A stretch of DNA of 64,000 nucleotides. Origin: Candidatus Latescibacterota bacterium. GTDB lineage: Bacteria > Latescibacterota > UBA2968 > GCA-2709665. Of the stretch, positions 9,706 through 20,474 are shown piece after piece; positions within the stretch are counted from its first letter, which is position 1, and each line of letters opens with the position of its first letter. Position numbers and translations under genes: made by a program. The notes beneath the pieces are model-generated. The model did no database searches. It was not told where the DNA came from and saw only the letters and a list, made by a program, of their open reading frames with translations. The stretch spans positions 3,168,001-3,232,000 of the forward strand of contig OZ244744.1 in NCBI GenBank assembly GCA_965219455.1, read 5' to 3'.

Positions 9706-12504
9706 ATGCGACTATCGTGGAATGAAATCCGCGCCCGCGCCGCCAAGTTTGCGCAAGACTGGATGGACAGGGGCTACGAGAAGGGCGAGACACAGCTCTT
9801 CTATAGCGAGTTCTTTAACATATTCGGGATGCCTGTTCGCCGGGTGGCTGCATTCGAGCAACCCGTCAAACTACTCGGCGACAAGCGTGGCTTTATCGAC
9901 CTGTTCTGGAAAGGCGTCCTGCTCGTCGAGCAGAAAAGCGCAGGCCGCGACCTCGTTGCGGCCAAGACCCAGGCCCTCTCCTACTTCCCGGGACTCAAGG
10001 ACGTCGACCTTCCACGCTACATTCTGCTGAGCGACTTCGCAACGTTTGAGCTATACGACCTCGACGAAGACGAAAGCGTCGCCTTCGCCCTGGCCGATCT
10101 ACCTGATAACATTGAAAAGTTCGGCTTTATTCTCGGCCTCCAGAAGCGCACCTTCAAGGATCAAGACCCGGTAAACATTCAGGCGGCCGAGCGTGTGGGC
10201 CTTCTCCACGACGCGCTGGCGGCTTCCGGCTACACCGGCCACGACCTGGAGCAATTCCTCGTTCGGATCGTCTTCTGCTTCTTTGCCGACGACACCGGTA
10301 TCTTCGAGCCGCGCGACATCTTCCTTGACCTGTTGGAAAATAGGACGAACGAAGACGGCTCAGACCTGGGTGGCTGGCTGGCGCAATTGTTCCAGGTGCT
10401 CGACACGCCTGACGACCAGCGCGTCAACACCCTCGACGAAGATCTTGCCCGCTTCCCCTACGTTGACGGGGACCTGTTTCGCGAGACATTGCGCATCCCG
10501 TCGTTCGATGCCCAAATGCGCCAGAGGCTGATTGATGCTTGCCATTTCAATTGGTCGGCTATCTCTCCGGCCATCTTCGGCTCGCTATTCCAGTCTGTGA
10601 TGGACGAGGACGAACGCCGCGCTAAGGGCGCGCACTATACGACCGAACAGAACATCCTCAAGGTTATCGAACCCCTGTTCCTCGACGATCTGCGCGAGGA
10701 GTTCCAACGCCTGAAGTCGCGCCGCGACACGCGTCGCATTCCCGAACTGATCGCCTTCCAGCAGCGGTTAGGGACGTTGCGCCTCTTTGATCCGGCCTGC
10801 GGCTGCGGGAATTTCCTCATCATTGCCTACCGCGAGTTGCGGGCACTGGAAATCGAGGTACTAAAGGAAATTCGCCCGAAACGCCAGGTCGACGCCTTTG
10901 CAGAGTTGCTTTCGGTCGTAGATGTCGATCAGTTTTACGGGATTGATTTGGGGGAGTTTCCGGCGCACATCGCAGAGGTCGCATTGTGGATGATGGACCA
11001 CATTATGAACAACCGGCTGAGCCTGGAGTTCGGCCAGACGTACGTGCGCATTCCGCTGGAGAAATCCCCGCACATCCGGCATGGCGACGCGCTCGAGTTT
11101 GATTGGAGCGAATTACTGCCGCCGGAGGAATGTTCCTACGTGCTCGGCAATCCCCCATTTGTGGGCGCGAAGTTTCAATCGACCGAGCAGCGCGAACAAG
11201 TGCGCGCCATCGCTGCCCTAGGCAAGAGCGGCGGCACGCTCGACTACGTTACCGCGTGGTTCATCAAGGCTGGGAAATACGTTCAGGATAGCGCGGCGCG
11301 GATCGGTTTCGTGGCGACTAATTCCATCACGCAGGGCGAACAGGTTGCACAACTCTGGCCAATCCTATTCGAACGCCATAAACTGGATATCGCCTTTGCA
11401 CACCGTACGTTTGCCTGGGGATCGGACGCGCGTGGTATGGCGCACGTTCACGTGGTGATTATTGGATTGGCCAAACGGGACGATGCACTGCGACAGAAGC
11501 GGTTGTTTTCATACGATAGCCCGAAAAGCGATCCGCAGCAGAGCCAACACACCGCCCTCTCACCCTATTTGTTCGATGCAAGTGGTTTGACCGATTCGGG
11601 AGTTGTCGTAAGGGGGGCACATCTACCGATCAATGGACTACCAAGGCTCATCATCGGCTCCAAGCCCATCGATGGCGGCCATTATATCTTTAAGGTCGAT
11701 GAACGCGCCACTTTCCTTCGCGAAGAGCCGGGCGCTGAGCCTTATCTCCGACCTTTCGTGGGAAGCCGCGAGTTTTTGCAGGGCGGAGAACGTTGGATAT
11801 TGCATCTGGCGGAAGCGCCGCCGCACGTGCTCAAGACGCTACCGAAAGTACGGGAGCGCATAGCGGCCGTCCGGGAATATAGGCTGGCAAGTAAGAGCAA
11901 GCCGACCCAGGCACTCGCCATGACGCCGAAGCAATACCACGTAAACGTCATTCCAACTGAGCCGTTCTTGGCCGTGCCAAAGGTGAGTTCCGAACGGCGC
12001 GAGTATGTGCCGATCGGTTGGCTGGAGCCGCCGACGATCCCAAGCGATCTTGTCTTCGTTCTGAACGACGCGACAAAGCCATTGTTCGCGTTGCTCACCT
12101 CCGCTATGCATTTTAGCTGGCTGCGTCACATCGGCGGACGTTTGGAGAGCCGTTACCGCTATTCGATCGGCCTTGTATACAACACCTTTCCTCTGCCGCC
12201 AGCCCCGCCGGAACGGATGCAACGCCTCGAGCCCCATGCGGAAGCCGTCCTCAGTGCTCGCGCTAACCATCCAAAGGAGACGTTGGCGGACCTGTACGAC
12301 CCCGACCTCATGCCTACCGACCTTCGCAAAGCACATCAGGTCCTGGACCGCGCCGTCGATAAGCTGTACCGACGGAGCGGCTTCGCCTCCGAGCGCGATC
12401 GTGTGGAACATCTATTGGGTCTTTACGAGAAAGTGGTCGCTCCGGTGACGGCCATGGCCAAGCCGAAGCGACGGCGGCGGCGACGAAGGGATGGAAAGGA
12501 ATAG
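9706..12504 (+). CDS. MmeI-like Type IIL/IIG restriction-modification enzyme (N6-adenine MTase + nuclease)
   Basis: N-terminal GFIDLFWKGVLLVEQKS, GAHYT, DPACGCGNFL, GNPPF, VSSERREY, YNTFP, LADLYDP. Confidence 0.93.
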   Translation: MRLSWNEIRARAAKFAQDWMDRGYEKGETQLFYSEFFNIFGMPVRRVAAFEQPVKLLGDKRGFIDLFWKGVLLVEQKSAGRDLVAAKTQALSYFPGLKDVDLPRYILLSDFATFELYDLDEDESVAFALADLPDNIEKFGFILGLQKRTFKDQDPVNIQAAERVGLLHDALAASGYTGHDLEQFLVRIVFCFFADDTGIFEPRDIFLDLLENRTNEDGSDLGGWLAQLFQVLDTPDDQRVNTLDEDLARFPYVDGDLFRETLRIPSFDAQMRQRLIDACHFNWSAISPAIFGSLFQSVMDEDERRAKGAHYTTEQNILKVIEPLFLDDLREEFQRLKSRRDTRRIPELIAFQQRLGTLRLFDPACGCGNFLIIAYRELRALEIEVLKEIRPKRQVDAFAELLSVVDVDQFYGIDLGEFPAHIAEVALWMMDHIMNNRLSLEFGQTYVRIPLEKSPHIRHGDALEFDWSELLPPEECSYVLGNPPFVGAKFQSTEQREQVRAIAALGKSGGTLDYVTAWFIKAGKYVQDSAARIGFVATNSITQGEQVAQLWPILFERHKLDIAFAHRTFAWGSDARGMAHVHVVIIGLAKRDDALRQKRLFSYDSPKSDPQQSQHTALSPYLFDASGLTDSGVVVRGAHLPINGLPRLIIGSKPIDGGHYIFKVDERATFLREEPGAEPYLRPFVGSREFLQGGERWILHLAEAPPHVLKTLPKVRERIAAVREYRLASKSKPTQALAMTPKQYHVNVIPTEPFLAVPKVSSERREYVPIGWLEPPTIPSDLVFVLNDATKPLFALLTSAMHFSWLRHIGGRLESRYRYSIGLVYNTFPLPPAPPERMQRLEPHAEAVLSARANHPKETLADLYDPDLMPTDLRKAHQVLDRAVDKLYRRSGFASERDRVEHLLGLYEKVVAPVTAMAKPKRRRRRRRDGKE

Positions 12505-12780
12505 TGTGGAAATATATGGAGTAAAATTCAGCTCACGAGCCTTGACCGGATAAAGAATCAAGACTACAATAGCATATACATTTGAGATTCCTTCCTACAC
12601 GAGGGCTACCAACGGAGATTGGTATTCTAATGCTAACGTTTTCCGTAAGACACCGGATGTCGCAACACATTCGGAATATTTGGTTTTTGTAATTTAAGAT
12701 TCGACAATCTTCCCCCGTTATATTCAAGGTTCCTGAAGGGGAAGAACAAACCCCGAGTCGTTACGGACGGACATTTTGTT

Positions 12781-14772
12781 ATGAAACTACAAAATACCCC
12801 GACTTCAAGGTCTGAACGTAAATACAAGATGACGGTTGCTGGCCAGTTGTTCAAACATCTGGGTTTGCAGATGTACTCTGGGGCAGTACCTGCAATTTCA
12901 GAACTAATCTCAAACGCATACGACGCCATGGCGAGAAACGTATGGATTGAACTTCCGACTCACACGTCCATCACGTCAAGTGACGAGATTGTAGTGAGGG
13001 ACGATGGACATGGCATGAGTTTTGACGAATGTAACTCTCGCTACTTGTCGGTAGGGAGAGACCGACGAATAAAGCACGATGAATGGACAAAGGAGTACCG
13101 TGATTTGAGTTCCCGGAAAGTTCAGGGAAGAAAGGGCATTGGCAAACTTGCTGGTTTCGGGATAGCAAATTTGATTGACGTCCGAACAATTAAGAGTGAG
13201 AAAATAGCGCATTTTCGAATGGATTATGACGAATTAACAAGAAGCTCGAATTTCGCCGATACGGAAGGATACGCACCCAAATCATTGCCAGATGACGGTA
13301 GACAAACCGACGATCCGGCTGGCACAACGGTTAGACTATCGCGGCTTAAGCTCAGTCGATCGATTAACGAAGAACAATTCAAAAAGAGCATTGCCAGGCG
13401 ACTTCTGGTCATTGACGAGTCCTTTACCGTGCATGTAAACGATACACAAGTGTCGAGACAAGAGATTCCATTTCAATTCAGATTTCCGAAAAGTGCCGGC
13501 GCTTGGCAGACCGATGAACTTTCAAATGGCCAACAATTTCACTGGTGGGCGGGTTTCTGCGATGGTACGATACCGGATGAAGAACAACGCGGCTTTGTTG
13601 TTTACGTGCGAGGGAAGTTGGCACAAACGCCTTGGTTTTTCGACCTTAGTGGTGGCGTTTGGGGACAACATGGCATGCAATATTTCACGGGCGAGATCAA
13701 GGCAGATTTTCTTGATGACAGTGTGGATTTGATTGCCACGGACAGGGGTACAGTTCGGTGGGAGGATCCCGCGGCCGTACCTTTGAAGGATTGGGGGCGA
13801 AAAAAGATCAGGGAGTTACTCGAGACTTGGTCGAAGAAAAGACGCGAAGCGAAACTCAAGAGTCCCAAAGTGATGGAGTTTCTGTCCCAAGCGGAGAAAC
13901 TACCTGAAAGAGAACGTCAGATTTTTGCAAAAGTGGTTGACCGTATTTGCGCTATACCTCAACTCGATAAAGACCAAGAGGGCAGGGATATAGCCGATGA
14001 ACTTGTGGAGTTTGCCTACAACGCATTGACAAATCTGAGTTTTCTTGATGCAATACGACGGTTGAACGCAGCATCTCCAAATGAAATGGACAGATTCAGT
14101 GAAGTGCTTTCCGATTGGGATATCATCGAGCTTGTAAATACGGCGCACCTCGTTAAGGGTCGGGTCGAAATCATCCGAAAATTCAAACAAATGATCGACG
14201 ATAGAGTTCCTGAAAAACCGGACATGCAGAACTACGTACGTGACCATCCATGGCTAATCGATCCGAAATGGACCGCTCTTGCGCACGAGAAAACACTCGA
14301 CAGGTTAATTGCAGATGAATTCGGAATCAAAACGTCAGATGGCAACGAAGGCAGGAGGCGACTTGATTTCTTCTGCCTTGGGGATAGGTATAAGACAGCG
14401 CACGTTGTAGAGACAAAGCGACCTGGAGAAATAGTTGGACGACAGGAATGCGATCAACTTCGTGATTATGTTTTGTTTCTTCAAAGAAAGCTCCAACATG
14501 AGGCTGACGAAGAAAACCGAAGAACGACAGTGCGAGGTCTGTTAATAGCCGATCGCATTCGACCCGAAGATGAGATTCACGCACAGACGCACCAACAGGC
14601 CGGAACATTCGATATTCGCACCTGGGATAATCTGCTAACCACAACGGAAACATTGCATGAAGAATTCCTAAATGTGGTTAGAACACGCGTTCCGTCAGAT
14701 GATCCTAGAATGAGGAGCTTGTTGGACGAATCAATCAATGCACCGATCGATTCAAACGAAGATCAGGGATGA
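12781..14772 (+). CDS. GHKL (HATPase_c_3/MORC-like) ATPase with a C-terminal PD-(D/E)xK-like nuclease region
   Basis: ELISNAYDA, RDDGHGM, GRKGIGK, GTTV; C-terminal RLDFFCL...VVETKRP. Confidence 0.85.
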   Translation: MKLQNTPTSRSERKYKMTVAGQLFKHLGLQMYSGAVPAISELISNAYDAMARNVWIELPTHTSITSSDEIVVRDDGHGMSFDECNSRYLSVGRDRRIKHDEWTKEYRDLSSRKVQGRKGIGKLAGFGIANLIDVRTIKSEKIAHFRMDYDELTRSSNFADTEGYAPKSLPDDGRQTDDPAGTTVRLSRLKLSRSINEEQFKKSIARRLLVIDESFTVHVNDTQVSRQEIPFQFRFPKSAGAWQTDELSNGQQFHWWAGFCDGTIPDEEQRGFVVYVRGKLAQTPWFFDLSGGVWGQHGMQYFTGEIKADFLDDSVDLIATDRGTVRWEDPAAVPLKDWGRKKIRELLETWSKKRREAKLKSPKVMEFLSQAEKLPERERQIFAKVVDRICAIPQLDKDQEGRDIADELVEFAYNALTNLSFLDAIRRLNAASPNEMDRFSEVLSDWDIIELVNTAHLVKGRVEIIRKFKQMIDDRVPEKPDMQNYVRDHPWLIDPKWTALAHEKTLDRLIADEFGIKTSDGNEGRRRLDFFCLGDRYKTAHVVETKRPGEIVGRQECDQLRDYVLFLQRKLQHEADEENRRTTVRGLLIADRIRPEDEIHAQTHQQAGTFDIRTWDNLLTTTETLHEEFLNVVRTRVPSDDPRMRSLLDESINAPIDSNEDQG

Positions 14773-14775
14773 ACA

Positions 14776-15882
14776 ATGAACAAAGAAAGACGAATTGCGA
14801 TTGATCTGTTCGCCGGGTGCGGCGGATTGACAAAAGGTATTCGCGATGCTGGGTTCAACGTCTCAGCAGCCGTTGAGGTTGATTTCGATGCGGCGCGGAC
14901 CTACCGATGGAACCACCCACGAACGCGCCTGCTGAGAAAAGACATCCGTGAAGTGTCCGCTTCGGATCTCAAACGGGAAACCGGCAACGAGCATATTTCG
15001 CTTCTAGCCGGTTGCGCTCCCTGCCAGGGATTCTGTTCTCTGACGAGCAAGTACGACAAGCCAGACCCTCGAAACGAACTTCTCCTTGTTATGGCCAAGA
15101 TTATCGGAGAGATTCTTCCCCGTACAGTAATTATGGAGAACGTCCCCGGCGTCTTAGGCCGGGGAAAGGCAATTTTCGATAAATTCATTGAAGTTATCTC
15201 CAAACTTGGATACCAGTACAATTGGCGTATTGAGCAGATGGCCGACTTTGGTGTACCTCAATCACGTCGTCGGTTGGTTCTCATAGCCGGACTTGGATTC
15301 GAGGTTCCCTTTCCTGAACCAACCCATGCCCGTGCCAAGGGCGAAATATGCGGTCTGCAACCATGGAACACGGTAAGGCAAGCCATTGGCCACATAGATG
15401 CGCCGATCACGTTAAAGGCAGCCTGGCGCAATGATAGCCCGGAATCTAATGACTGGCATGTGGTCCGAGATCTTCAACCACAGGTCAAGAAACGACTGGA
15501 AGCTGCGGAACCAGGGGAGACATGGTTGGCAATTGATGAGTCGGTGCGTCCTAAATGTCATCGAAGCGGCTACAGGGGCTTTACAAATACGTATGGAAGA
15601 ATGGCTTGGGACCAGGTCTCTCCTACTATAACTGGTGGGTGTACGACGGCATCCAAAGGCCGGTTCGGGCACCCGGATAAATCCAGATATACAATCTCCG
15701 TACGAGAAGCTGCCTTACTTCAGACGTTCCCCGAAGATTACAGATTTGCTACGGATAAGATGGACACCGTATGTGACCTTATAGGCAACGCGGTCCCACC
15801 TCTATATGCAAAACTGGCCGCTACGGAAGTCCTTTCTGCAATTCGCAAGAATCCGGACGAACAAGGTGAAATGCGACCATGA
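14776..15882 (+). CDS. C5-cytosine DNA methyltransferase
   Basis: [45 protein letters not shown]. Confidence 0.95.
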   Translation: MNKERRIAIDLFAGCGGLTKGIRDAGFNVSAAVEVDFDAARTYRWNHPRTRLLRKDIREVSASDLKRETGNEHISLLAGCAPCQGFCSLTSKYDKPDPRNELLLVMAKIIGEILPRTVIMENVPGVLGRGKAIFDKFIEVISKLGYQYNWRIEQMADFGVPQSRRRLVLIAGLGFEVPFPEPTHARAKGEICGLQPWNTVRQAIGHIDAPITLKAAWRNDSPESNDWHVVRDLQPQVKKRLEAAEPGETWLAIDESVRPKCHRSGYRGFTNTYGRMAWDQVSPTITGGCTTASKGRFGHPDKSRYTISVREAALLQTFPEDYRFATDKMDTVCDLIGNAVPPLYAKLAATEVLSAIRKNPDEQGEMRP

Positions 15883-16334
15883 GTCGATGGCCCGGCGACG
15901 CTCGGCAAGAACGTACGACGTTTGGTGGTTTGGTTCGCGGGGAACTGATGGCTCGCGTGCGTAGCAAGGGCAATGAGACAACTGAAAAGCGCCTTGTACG
16001 TCTCTTTCGCGAGTGGCGTTTAACTGGATGGAGACGAAACCAATCGCTTCCAGGTCGACCGGATTTCGTTTTTTCGAAAGAAAAGACCCTCGTCTTTGTG
16101 GACGGCTGTTTTTGGCACGGGCACAATTGCAGAAACCTAACGTCAAAGACAAACCAGAAGGCGTGGCATGACAAAATTGCACGAACCCAAGCCCGGGACC
16201 GACGGAACAACCGTCTGCTTCGCCAGTTGGGATGGAAAGTCATACGTATTTGGGAGTGTCGTCTGGCAAAGGCTCCAGACCTCTGCATGCGTAGGATAAA
16301 ACGCAGACTCGAGGAAAGTAGAGGAACAACATAG
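15879..16334 (+). CDS. vsr: Very short patch repair endonuclease
   Basis: [36 protein letters not shown]. Confidence 0.93.
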   Translation: MSRWPGDARQERTTFGGLVRGELMARVRSKGNETTEKRLVRLFREWRLTGWRRNQSLPGRPDFVFSKEKTLVFVDGCFWHGHNCRNLTSKTNQKAWHDKIARTQARDRRNNRLLRQLGWKVIRIWECRLAKAPDLCMRRIKRRLEESRGTT

Positions 16335-16451
16335 AACTTGAAATTCGATCAGGAGACTGGGAGGCTTGTCGCTACTGCTTATGATCTGGACCGGGACAGC
16401 ATTGATTTGCGGATTGAATCGCGTGGATCGATCGAGAGAAGGGAGAATCCG

Positions 16452-17591
16452 ATGAGGGTCAGCATTCGAGACAAGGGGCGCTTGAGCGAGGTCTCGCCTG
16501 CCGCCCTGTCGGCCTATGCTCGTGCAGCGGGCTGGACACGGACGGACAGCTACGGGGACTCTTCAGACGTTTATGAATCGGACGGATTGCCGGAGATTAT
16601 CGTGCCGCGCACCCAACAACTGGGAGATTATGCTAACGTGGTGTCGCAACTTATCGATATCTTCGCCGACGTGGCAGGTACCGACGAACTTTCTCTCTAC
16701 CGCGACCTGGTTTCCTCCGACCGAGACGTCATTCGCGTTCGGGGCGACGAAGGCGGCGATGGGGCCGCATCCGCAAATGAAAGGATTAAACTTGCAGGCA
16801 GCGCACGTGGTATGGTACTGGCAGCCGCCTGTTCGCTGCATGATCCGCGGTCGGTCTATCGCGCTGCCGCTGACAAGGAGGCCATGAACTTTGTCCGCAA
16901 ATTACGAATGGGGCAATCCGAGCAAGAATGCCTTGTTGTAACCCTGCTGACCCCTGTCGTGTCGCCACCCATACAACAGTCCTTCATTCAGGATTCGGAG
17001 CACAACGAAGACCCGATTGAGCGCAAGATGACAAGGCGTCTGGCTTCCGCACTGCGAGCCGCCCGGCATGCAACGGAACAAACAATGGGAGGAAAAGTCG
17101 ACGCTTTCTTGCAGGCCGTGGACAACGGTGTAAGCGCCAATCTGTGCGAAGCGCTTGTGAGATTGATCGAAGCATCCACGGCGCTGGAAGTCAGTTTGAC
17201 CTGGGCCCGCACGCATCCGATGAATACGGCGCGTGAGGTCGTTCATTTTGGCAAGGGTGATGCGCCCATCCTCCGTGAGGCCGCGCGGCTGTTCCGTGAT
17301 CGCGGACCGAAACCGGATGTGCTGCTATTCGGTTCTGTTCAACGGGTCAAGAGGCGCCAGGATGAGACGTACGGAACAATCACTTTGCGAGTATACGTTG
17401 ACGGGCAAATTCAGTCAGTCGTAGCCGCCCTCACCCAGTCCGATTACGAGAGAGCCATTGAAGCTCATCAACAAAAGGCACCGGTCATTGTGGCCGGCGA
17501 CCTTGACCGCATTGGTCAACGGTGGCGCTTGTTGAATCCGCGCGTTGTTGCCGTCATTCCGCAAGAGGATATGCAGGAAGAGGGAGAATGA
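16452..17591 (+). CDS. Hypothetical protein (379 aa), defence-island associated
   Basis: GGGAGA RBS + ATG; long ORF; beta-rich OB-fold-like C-terminus (inferred); ATGA overlap with the next gene. Confidence 0.75.
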   Translation: MRVSIRDKGRLSEVSPAALSAYARAAGWTRTDSYGDSSDVYESDGLPEIIVPRTQQLGDYANVVSQLIDIFADVAGTDELSLYRDLVSSDRDVIRVRGDEGGDGAASANERIKLAGSARGMVLAAACSLHDPRSVYRAAADKEAMNFVRKLRMGQSEQECLVVTLLTPVVSPPIQQSFIQDSEHNEDPIERKMTRRLASALRAARHATEQTMGGKVDAFLQAVDNGVSANLCEALVRLIEASTALEVSLTWARTHPMNTAREVVHFGKGDAPILREAARLFRDRGPKPDVLLFGSVQRVKRRQDETYGTITLRVYVDGQIQSVVAALTQSDYERAIEAHQQKAPVIVAGDLDRIGQRWRLLNPRVVAVIPQEDMQEEGE

Positions 17592-17827
17592 GGTCAATCG
17601 ATCCAATCCATTCCCTGGCGTTTTCGATTCAAGCAAATCCTGGCGTGTATGCTATCCTTGTGGGCTCAGGGGTATCACGGTCGGCGAAGATTCCCACAGG
17701 ATGGGAGATAACTCTCGACTTGATTCGCAAGTTGGCAAAACTCGGCAACGAGACTTGCGAACCCGTTCCGGAATGTTGGTATCTGGAGAGATTCGGTAAA
17801 GAGGCGTCGTATTCCGATCTCCTTTGA
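17588..17827 (+). pseudogene. Truncated SIR2-family (SIR2_2) protein
   Basis: YAILVGSGVSRSAKIPTGWEI SIR2 N-terminal motif; stop after 79 aa. Confidence 0.8.
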
Positions 17828-17975
17828 TGTCAAGGCTGCATTCGGTGATTTGTGAGCATCGGTTGGATGATCGCCTGGTCGGTGCGATTGCAGGCCCCTT
17901 TGGTTTGCGATCTCGCCCCAATGCGGAATCTCCATTGATTTCGGTGTCTGACCGATCAAGGGAGAAGTTATTTCA

Positions 17976-18956
17976 ATGACACCTGAAAACTTGGGAAAAC
18001 TGGAATCAGTTGACCTTCGTGAAGTATGGCGGAACGAAGCTGACAATTTTACGCCATGGTTGGGGACGCAAAGGAACCTGGACGATCTCGGTGAAACGCT
18101 CGGTATGCAGATAGAGTTTCAGGCGTTTGAGGAAGCTGTTGGTCCATATTCGGCGGATATATTGTGCCGAGACATTGATGATGATAGTTACGTTGTTATC
18201 GAAAACCAGCTTGAGGAAACGGACCACGACCACCTCGGGAAACTTCTCACGTATGCGGCGCATTTCAAAGTGTCAACCGTGGTCTGGGTCGCAAAGACAT
18301 TTACCGAACAACACCGAGCGGCCGTTGACTGGCTGAATGAGACCTCGGCCGAGGGGACTCAGTTCTTTGCGTTGGAAATTGAGGTCTGGCGAATCGGTGA
18401 GTCCGCGTTCGCGCCGAAATTCAATATGGTGGCCAAACCGAACAACTGGACGAAGGGAGGTAGATCAACTGCCGCCAGTTTGACGGAGACGCAGCGAGTT
18501 CAGCTTGAATTCTGGAAAGGATTCCAAGACCACGTTTCCCGGCATGGACAGCAGATCAAACTCTCTGCGAGTCCGAAAGCGAAAACCAGTATGGCCGCAG
18601 GGGGCTTGGGGCGTACGGGTTTCCTCCTCGCCGCTGTGGCCTCGACGTATTCCGAAACCAGGGGATGGAACGGTCAGGAACTAAGGGCGGAACTAAGCAT
18701 CAGCCGGGGAGAACTCTCGGGCCGATTTCACGACTTTCTCCAATCCGAAAAGTCCGAGATCGAACGGGAGATGGGCGGAGAGTTGAACTGGTACAATCCG
18801 GAGGATTCGAATGCCTGTAGAATTTACTCTCGCAAAGACGTGGAACTATACGATCCGGATGCCCGCAATGAGCAGTACACTTGGCTTCTGGAGCAACTCG
18901 AGAGTTTCCATCGAGTCTTCGCGGAGCGGATCCAGAAGTTGGAACCTGCGCCCTAA
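17976..18956 (+). CDS. DUF4268 domain protein with an N-terminal NucS-like PD-(D/E)xK domain
   Basis: LREVWRNEADNFTPWL, ADILC, VVIENQLEETDHDHLGKLLTYAA. Confidence 0.85.
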   Translation: MTPENLGKLESVDLREVWRNEADNFTPWLGTQRNLDDLGETLGMQIEFQAFEEAVGPYSADILCRDIDDDSYVVIENQLEETDHDHLGKLLTYAAHFKVSTVVWVAKTFTEQHRAAVDWLNETSAEGTQFFALEIEVWRIGESAFAPKFNMVAKPNNWTKGGRSTAASLTETQRVQLEFWKGFQDHVSRHGQQIKLSASPKAKTSMAAGGLGRTGFLLAAVASTYSETRGWNGQELRAELSISRGELSGRFHDFLQSEKSEIEREMGGELNWYNPEDSNACRIYSRKDVELYDPDARNEQYTWLLEQLESFHRVFAERIQKLEPAP

Positions 18957-19176
18957 AGACAATTGGTACGACCACCTTCGCAAAAAGTATCAGGACCTTC
19001 AACTACTGTCAATCCGGTCAATCATGTGAACGTGTCGCCTCATATGCAAAGCGACAATTTACTCAATACGTTGAGTATTTTTACTCAATGCATTGAGTAA
19101 TTCGTTGAATTTGCGTCCAAATGCCACGGAACTGCCGCGCCGTCTGCATAAACGAAGGCCACCGCCACGCAAACAA

Positions 19177-19808
19177 GGGCAACCACAAGGGTTGCCCCTA
19201 CGCGGTACAGGGTATTCCGCTGGGCGTGAGATGCGCTTCGACTATCGATTCATCGTATTTGTCATATTTATCGCAATGCCCAGCCCTATGTATGGCATCA
19301 ACACAATTGTAGGGGCGCCCCTTGTGGGTGCCCTGCCTCGCCGCGACACGACGGTCACCGTCGCAGACCCGCGGGCCGCCGCGTGGATTGCCCCAAGGGG
19401 GTACGGGTATTCGATTTGGAGTGAGTTGCCCAACTGGCATCGAACCAGCACAGTTGGCATATTTGTTGCAATGCACAATCAAGTCCACCTGATGATTGAA
19501 ATTGCAGGCGCGTCCCGTGGGCGCCCGGCCATCCAAGACGCAATGGTCGCCGCAACGAATACGCGGGCAACCACAAGGGTTGCCCCTACAACATCACGGT
19601 CGGTCGTGGGTTAATGAGGTGGAGTGGCGGCGGCGAATTCGGGCAAAATGCCGAACGGATTTTCATCCGATGAATTGAAAACATTCGTCTCAATGCTTCA
19701 CCACATGCGCGGAATTATTCCATTTGTAGGGGCGTCCCTTGTGGGCGCCCGGGGTTAAAGAGAAGCGATGCGTGCCTTAACATAATCCAAAACAACCACG
19801 GGGGTTGA
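19177..19808. repeat. REP cluster upstream of the RAYT
   Basis: REPs at 19177, 19309, 19565 and 19726; degenerate copies near 19371, 19504 and 19791. Confidence 0.88.
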
Positions 19809-20434
19809 TCCGACAGGTGAACGGCGTGTACGATCCGGAAATCCATCATCGCCGGTCGATGAGACTGAAGGGATACGACTATTCGCAGGCAGGGGCGTAC
19901 CTTGTTACCGTTGTCGCACATGGACGGATGACGCATTTCGGCGATGTGGTTAAGGGTCGGATGCAGTTGAACCCGGCCGGAGAAATGGTCCAACGAATAT
20001 GGATGGAAATGCCCAATCGATTCCCACCTATCATTATGGACGAATTTATCGCCATGCCAAACCACGTTCATGGAATCATCATCCTGGCAGGTGCGGGCAT
20101 TGCGGGCGCCCCAACACCTAACGATCGATCGGACATCGGTACAAGAAAAAATGCAACCACAGGGGTTGCCTCTACATCGGATGGGCGCACGAGACTGGGG
20201 GATGTGGTAGGTGCATTTAAATCATTGACAACATTGGAATATACGCGTGGTGTGCGCGACAAGAACTGGCCGCCGTTTCAGGGACGGTTGTGGCAGCGGA
20301 ATTTCTATGAACATATCGTTCGGACCGACGTGTCATTGCAGCAATATCGCAAGTATATAGTTGACAATCCGGTGCAATGGCCATTTGACCGTGAGAACCC
20401 GATGGCCGTAAGTCCCAGGTCGCACTCGCTATAG
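19805..20434 (+). mobile_element. REP-associated tyrosine transposase (RAYT/TnpA-REP, HUH Y1 family); true start may be GTG at 19827
   Basis: HHRRSMRLKGYDYS, HUH motif MPNHVH, LWQRNFYEHIVR, catalytic YIVDNP; flanked by REPs. Confidence 0.92.
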
Positions 20435-20474
20435 CCAACGATATCCCGGCCATCACCTCAATACGCACAGACGA

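Noticed and set aside
19093-19614. 173-aa ORF as a real protein
   Set aside because: Made of translated REPs and decayed RAYT fragments; TTG start with no clear RBS.
4560-19750. Diversity-generating retroelement as the source of the RAYT fragment variants
   Set aside because: No reverse transcriptase in the window, and substitutions are not adenine-specific in the copy compared base by base (7257-7328).
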